DNA from: Eledone cirrhosa
Taxonomy: Eukaryota
NCBI GenBank assembly: GCA_964016885.1
Contig: OZ024746.1
Coordinates: 20,212,001 to 20,276,000 of the forward strand
Direction of reading: 5' to 3'
Length of the DNA: 64,000 nucleotides
Shown here piece after piece: positions 58,124 through 64,000 of this stretch (positions within the stretch are counted from its first letter, which is position 1; each line of letters begins with the position of its first letter). The position numbers were made by a program, and so were the translations under genes. The notes under the pieces were generated by a model. It saw nothing but the letters and a program-made list of their open reading frames with translations, was not told the DNA's origin and made no database searches.

Positions 58124-59741
58124 TATATATATATATAGTGTGTGTGTGTGTTAAGAAAAACAATGAAGTTTTGTTTACATCTAGTTAGTTTTTTTATTGT
58201 ATATCAACATGTTACGCGCGTTTCGCAGAGGATTGGCTCGCGGTCACCCATAGAAGTTATGGACTAAATCACAAATACTTTCTATTCTTTAATTTCTCAT
58301 TCTATTTTCTTATGTATTACATAATTTGCCAGGAATTGCGACCAGTATATAGCAATGGAAAGATCAAGTGAAACATTATTTCCCTGGTTCAATTGGACAA
58401 GTTGCATCTCACTCAGTAAGGGAATGCAGTCTGGGATCTTGTCGATCGATTTCTAATGTTGCCTCAGAAATCAATGCAGTATTGAACCACTACATTTAAG
58501 GGGCTATGTGACAAAGATCAGGATTAATAATCAGTTCAAAATAATCAGTAGATTTTTCAGCTGCTCAGCAGATTAGTACGGTCTTCAAACAATATCTTGT
58601 CTTCACATATATGGAGCGGTTGGAATCATCATTATTTGACGATCTCTTCGTCGGACGTTTGTGATTGCCGAGCATGGCCGATTTCTGTTCGTGATGCTAT
58701 GAATTCACTAGTTGGAACCGGCTCAACCAATACCGAGTGAACGCTCACACAAAAGCAAGCAATCAGTAGATTTAAAACGTTTGTAATTTCTCTATTTAAT
58801 TAGCAGCGTTCGGCTAATTACACGTTCATTTCTATTCATTTTACTTTGCTTTGAAGGTTATTAGCATTTTACAATTTTATTCTTCTACATCTAAATACCG
58901 AGTCTTTCAAAAGATTTGATATCAATGGCCTGTTTCCAAGGTTGTTACATTCTTCTTCTTCTTCTTCTTCTTCTTCTTCTTCTTCTTCGTGACCGTACAT
59001 TAGCTTCGTCTCTCTATGTTCTTAATCTAAACCCTGTCTAACCCTCCAGATTTAATATAATACTCATGCCAAATATGGAAATAACATTTACTGTGAAAAA
59101 TGTTTGTACTTTACTATACTATTTTGAGTTCAAACCTTACCTTAGTTTTTCATCATTGGGGGATCGATTACCTTGTAATAAACTGTAATCGATTCAGTGA
59201 AGGTTAGATCAGCTAATGACAACAGCTAGAAGGGATTAGGTAAAGGTCGTTTTATCTAATCACCAAATGTTTTACGATATACGAGATATACAGTGTAGAT
59301 AGAACTTATGTAGTCTTATGAAAGTCTTTTTAATGTAATTCGCTTCTTGCCACGACCTAAAATTTCCATTCTCTTGGAGAATAGCACTCTTTCTACTGAA
59401 TAAGAATTGAACTCGGGACTAACAACTAACAATCTTAATTGGTGCTCCAGGATACTAATGTTTCGGTTACCAGCCCTACCAACGTTTATTCTACTACCCA
59501 ACTTTGATCTCTTACAAACAAAGCGATCTCATGTAATGAGCTAAAAATCTTCAAAAATGGCGATATCTTATTCAAGTTACCGATTACAGAATGAAGAAAT
59601 GCAACGTAGTCATAACTATCTTTTATTGCCTTTTAAGTTTATTGTTATTCTGTGCATAGAGTTGTTTGGTATTTAAAAATTGCATTTTGCCTCAACTCTT
59701 CCAACTCTTCTGATAACTAATCATTACTTTTAATAGCGTTT

Positions 59742-59945
59742 GATTGGCAGTGGGTAATAGCGGTGGATTGGCAGTATCGGTAGAGGGTCGGACGCCATGC
59801 TTTCCAGCATAGTTACGTCCCTTTACGATCTGAGTTCAAATCCCGCCGAGGTTGACTTTGCCTTTCATCCTTACGGGGTCGATAAAATAAAGTACCAGTA
59901 ATGCACTGGGTAATTGCTGGCCTTGTGCCTAAAGTAGAAACAATT
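59742..59945 (+). mobile_element. SINE family A with a 19-bp TSD
   Basis: ATTACTTTTAATAGCGTTT at 59723-59741 and 59943-59961. Confidence 0.9.
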
Positions 59946-60121
59946 ACTTTTAATAGCGTTTAACGTCCCAGCCATTTTTCGTTACCAAGTCTATTCCAGT
60001 TAACTAACATTCTTTTTCTAAATCTTACTTCGACTAGTTTACTTATGCACTACATAACGATCTAATTAAGCTCTTTCATCCATTTTGTTTTGTTTTGTTT
60101 TCTTAAACTTGGAGGTTTTAT

Positions 60122-60316
60122 CAGATCTGAAAACCTCTAAAAACCGAAATGGAGAGTACCATGAAAAAAAGTACCCCAAAACGAGAAGAAATGAAGCAAA
60201 ATGGGGAGATTTTACATAATAAAAGCTATACCCATTTTCACAAGAGAAGACATCTCTCACCCACCACAATGCGGGTGGGCGATCTCCCTGTCGGGCGGGG
60301 AGAGCTGACAGGTCTG
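60122..60316 (-). mobile_element. Second copy of the 6-bp-TSD MITE
   Basis: Reverse-complement homologue of 34347-34542; flanks TTTTAT and CTTTAT. Confidence 0.75.
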
Positions 60317-60349
60317 CTTTATTTACTGACACTCTCTTTCGCCCGTTAG

Positions 60350-60980
60350 ATTAGATTATATAGGCTGCTCTGATTCTTTCTGTTGATCCCAGTCAAATCA
60401 ATAGTGCAGAAGTAGCAGTCAGTGCCATGGTTTGTCGGCTCCCTCCAAACCATGAGAATTCCAAACTTCAGACAACTCTTCTTGCCCTTGATCCAACGAC
60501 GTAGATACTCGGTGCATGTCTTGCATACCTTGTGTGGCGCCCAAGCTTTATCCTGGTCATCAAGTTTCATACCAAAATAAGCATGGTAAGTACACTTTAT
60601 GAAACTTGTGACTGGATTCCTGTTAGGAACAGCGGTGTATTTATCGCAGATGTAGCAGAATACATCAGGGTTATTTTGGCAAGATCTTCTGGCTGAACCC
60701 AATTCATTCACACGCAAAAGAAAAATACCAATTAGTCAAAAATTGGCGCATGTAAACTCTTCAGAATTCGTTTATTTAAAGAAATAAGAAAGAATTTTGC
60801 ATCATATGAATAGAAAATACCCGTACATGTAAACAAAAACGTAAAAAAACATCATGTCGCGATAGATCAATAAGTTGACCTGATTGAGCAAAACCAATGT
60901 GATTTTTGGATTCAGAAGATCAAAATTATCCTAAATCAGCTATAAAAAAACTTAGACAATAAATTTGGTATTGGCCAGTG
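60350..60980 (-). mobile_element. Chapaev3-like (CMC superfamily) transposon 5' end with transposase N-terminus
   Basis: Minus strand starts CACTGGCCAATACC. ORF 60717-60346 reads CQNNPDVFCYIC..YFGMKLDDQDKAWAPHKVCKTC..MVWREPTNHGTDCYFC. Family assignment is from recall of these motifs. Confidence 0.7.
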
Positions 60981-61120
60981 TTATTAGTGTTGTTCAACCC
61001 CAATTGGTGACACTAGGAGCTTCCTCCGTGTATCGCGGTCTTGCATCGCAATTCATCAAGTCTCTGCCATGTAGCCGAACGTCTTCTTCATCGATATTTG
61101 CTTTTTCTTCGGAAATACTT

Positions 61121-61203
<83 letters not shown>

Positions 61204-61433
61204 TCCCGATGTATATCGAGGTGATCACAGTTTAAAAAGGTACTCAATACGTTAGTAGAGTATAGGGATCTTTACTTTTTTATTATAAAAATTACTTATA
61301 CAGGACTAGAATTATCTTTCTATTAAAAAAAAAATTTTATATATATTTATATAGCTATGTTTATATATATATATATATATATCCTCCACTTTCACCAAGC
61401 GTGAACCTATAATATAACTGTGTACAATTGTGC

Positions 61434-61495
<62 letters not shown>

Positions 61496-62924
61496 CCTTT
61501 CCAGAAGAGATATGGGTTCCGCCAACTTTAAGGACATTTGTTTTTATGTGTTCTATGTATATATGTAGGTTATACTATACACTTTCAATATCCATCGTCT
61601 CCGGACACGCTATATCTGAAGGTCAATATTCAATATGTACTATTGATACCCTTCTATACAATTTAAATTGCAGATGTTTTGCGCTATTTACAAACATAGT
61701 ATACTGCCGCTAAGAAAACAAAATTCAACATTGTTAGAAAAAAATGTTCAACATTACTTTATAATAACATTGTATAGTACAACTTGGTTTACCACATACC
61801 ACAGGATGTGGTTATATACGTATACGAAGTATAGATTATATAGGAAAACAACACTTATTTATTTTTCGGTAAGATGAGTTGGCAACAACAACAACAAATG
61901 AAATAAACAAATTGAATAACACTTAGCGTGAGTTGGCCAAAAACAACTTAGTGTGAACAGGGTGTAGAAACTGAGAATGTTAAGTAGTGTAGGCAGACGT
62001 TTGTTAAATTGTTGGTGTACGGAATGTATACATGTAACAAGCAGATCTAATACAGCTCTCTTAATTAAGACGTTTCTATTTCAAGTAGTGTGTTTTTCAA
62101 CAATTAAGTTATCGTTACAGGCCGTTAATTACAACTGTTTTAGGGCACATTCATTAGACAAATAAATAATCTGTCAAATAAACACTGCAAAAGAGACAGA
62201 AAATAACTATCGAAAATGTCTATTGTTAAATACTGAACAGATTCATTTACAAGGACATTTACAAGAATGAGTGGCTGTAATAATTTCAACTTATTTTTTT
62301 TTATAAACAGTCTTGGACATTTAAAACCTTGCGAAACCCACCCCTTTTCCTGATCTGAACTGTAAATTGAAAAAAAATAATAAAGACCTTTAGCTGGTTT
62401 TCAAGCCTTGTTGGGCTTCACCAGATGGTATGTACATCATCTAAAGAAAATTGTAATCGAGGGGCTTATATACTTTATTCCTTATAGTAGTATTCTGAAA
62501 TGGACGTTTAATTTTCATATTATTATTAGCCCTCATGTTGGTTGTTAATTAAGATATATATTAATGGCTAACGATCAAATCGTTGAAGACATTGCAGAGA
62601 GGAAAATAGTAGAGTGAGAGAAGAGTCGATCCCAGAACGACAGTTATGAATTAGATAGGCAAGTGTAAAATGTATGTCTGTGTTTATGTTACTAGGTAGG
62701 TCTGTATGTTTTGTGTGTAACGTATGTATGAATGGGAAAGAAATTAAATGGAAAATATTTCATTGATGTTAAAATGTCATTTAGAGGGCCGTGGTGGTTT
62801 CGATGTTTCAAAAGACGAGAGTTGCTTAGAAGAATAAAAGGAGAAAAATTAGAAATAAGCACATTACAAAGAGAGGAGAATAACGAAATTATTGAATGGA
62901 TTTAAACGACAAACAACTTCATAT

Positions 62925-63200
62925 AGGCGAATTGGTAGAGTTGTTAGAACGTCGGACAGAATGCTTTGCGGTATTCGTTCCGGCTCTCTGAGTTCAAATG
63001 CTGTCCAGATCAACGTTGCTTTTCATCCTTTCGAGGTTGGTAAAAAAAAAAGTACCAGTCTAGTACTGAGGTCGATTATTCCTCTATATCTCTTCCTTAC
63101 ATCCATTTTCTCATCTGCCAGGCTTAAAAAAGGCCCAAGAAACGCCGTATGTCACTTCAGCGTCCATACGACCCAACAAGAGTTGCGGGACCATATCATA
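62925..63200 (+). mobile_element. SINE family B
   Basis: GGCGAATTGGTAGAGTTGTTAGAACGTCGGAC..GAGTTCAAATG..CTTTCATCCTTTCGAGG..AGTACCAGTCTAGTACT. Confidence 0.72.
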
Positions 63201-63558
63201 CCATATACGGATAAACGACACAGCATAACTGAATGGTTAAGAAGTTCGCTTCGCAATCATTAGGGCCCTGGTTTGATATTACTGCGTGACATCAAGTATA
63301 TGGCTTGATCAGGTGCCATATACCATAGTCTCGTGTTGACCCATGTCTTATGAATGAAACTGGGTAGACGGAAACTGTTTGGAATATCGTCAGACGGACT
63401 GTACCTGTATAGACACACAGACACACAGACACACTAGCTGTTGAAACGACAACAGCTCAGCCGCCGGACTCTTTATATTATAACCATAATCTACTATCCC
63501 AAGTATCGAGTACTCTGTTGAGTAATGGTCTAACTAGTTTCAAACTGGTTCTATCCTG

Positions 63559-63602
<44 letters not shown>

Positions 63603-63774
63603 TATATATATATAATATAAAACGAAAAATCAGTGATGCATCTGAACTCAGTTGAGTTCACATGCATCACTGATTTTTCGTTTTATATTATATCACACTC
63701 TGCTCTGTAAGAACATATAGTGCTCAACCGGCATACCGCCTATGGAAGCATCTTAGCTACCATCAGACACATAC

Positions 63775-63849
<75 letters not shown>

Positions 63850-64000
63850 GGGAAAGAGTCAGGACCCCGACGGCTGAGCTCCGCCCGTTTCGACAGCTAG
63901 ACCCACTCTACTACCCTAAGTATCGAGTACTCTGGTGCATTATGGTCCACCTGGTTCCTTACCACACTTTTTTCGTTATATATATATATATTATAAGAAC

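Noticed and set aside
58640-59565. CCAAT and YY1-like (AAAATGGCG) motifs as a promoter
   Set aside because: Short isolated motifs with no linked exon; expected by chance.

Overview
AT-rich, repeat-saturated animal DNA. The tRNA-derived SINEs and very high microsatellite load suggest an octopus-like cephalopod (inference from recall, not a search). Most long ORFs in the track are translated microsatellites. Real coding content: (1) a nearly intact Penelope-like retroelement (RT + GIY-YIG, 283-bp pseudo-LTRs, 6349-9757) inside (TA)n; (2) a full-length but frameshifted Helitron (16752-23830) with a 71-bp internal satellite and 23-aa STPR-like repeats; (3) fragments of RTE, Tx1-like, Tc1/mariner, Chapaev3-like and Helitron elements; (4) one candidate host coding exon (57259-57864). 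Best lead: type I hammerhead ribozyme folds in about five unrelated short repeat families, all in or beside (TA)n and mostly carrying a fold-back copy of their own end. This looks like a Penelope-driven, retrozyme-like system. Other leads: stacked 5'-truncated Tx1-like LINE ends in a (GATA)n array, and a MITE with 6-bp target-site duplications. All folds and alignments were done by eye; no searches were run.
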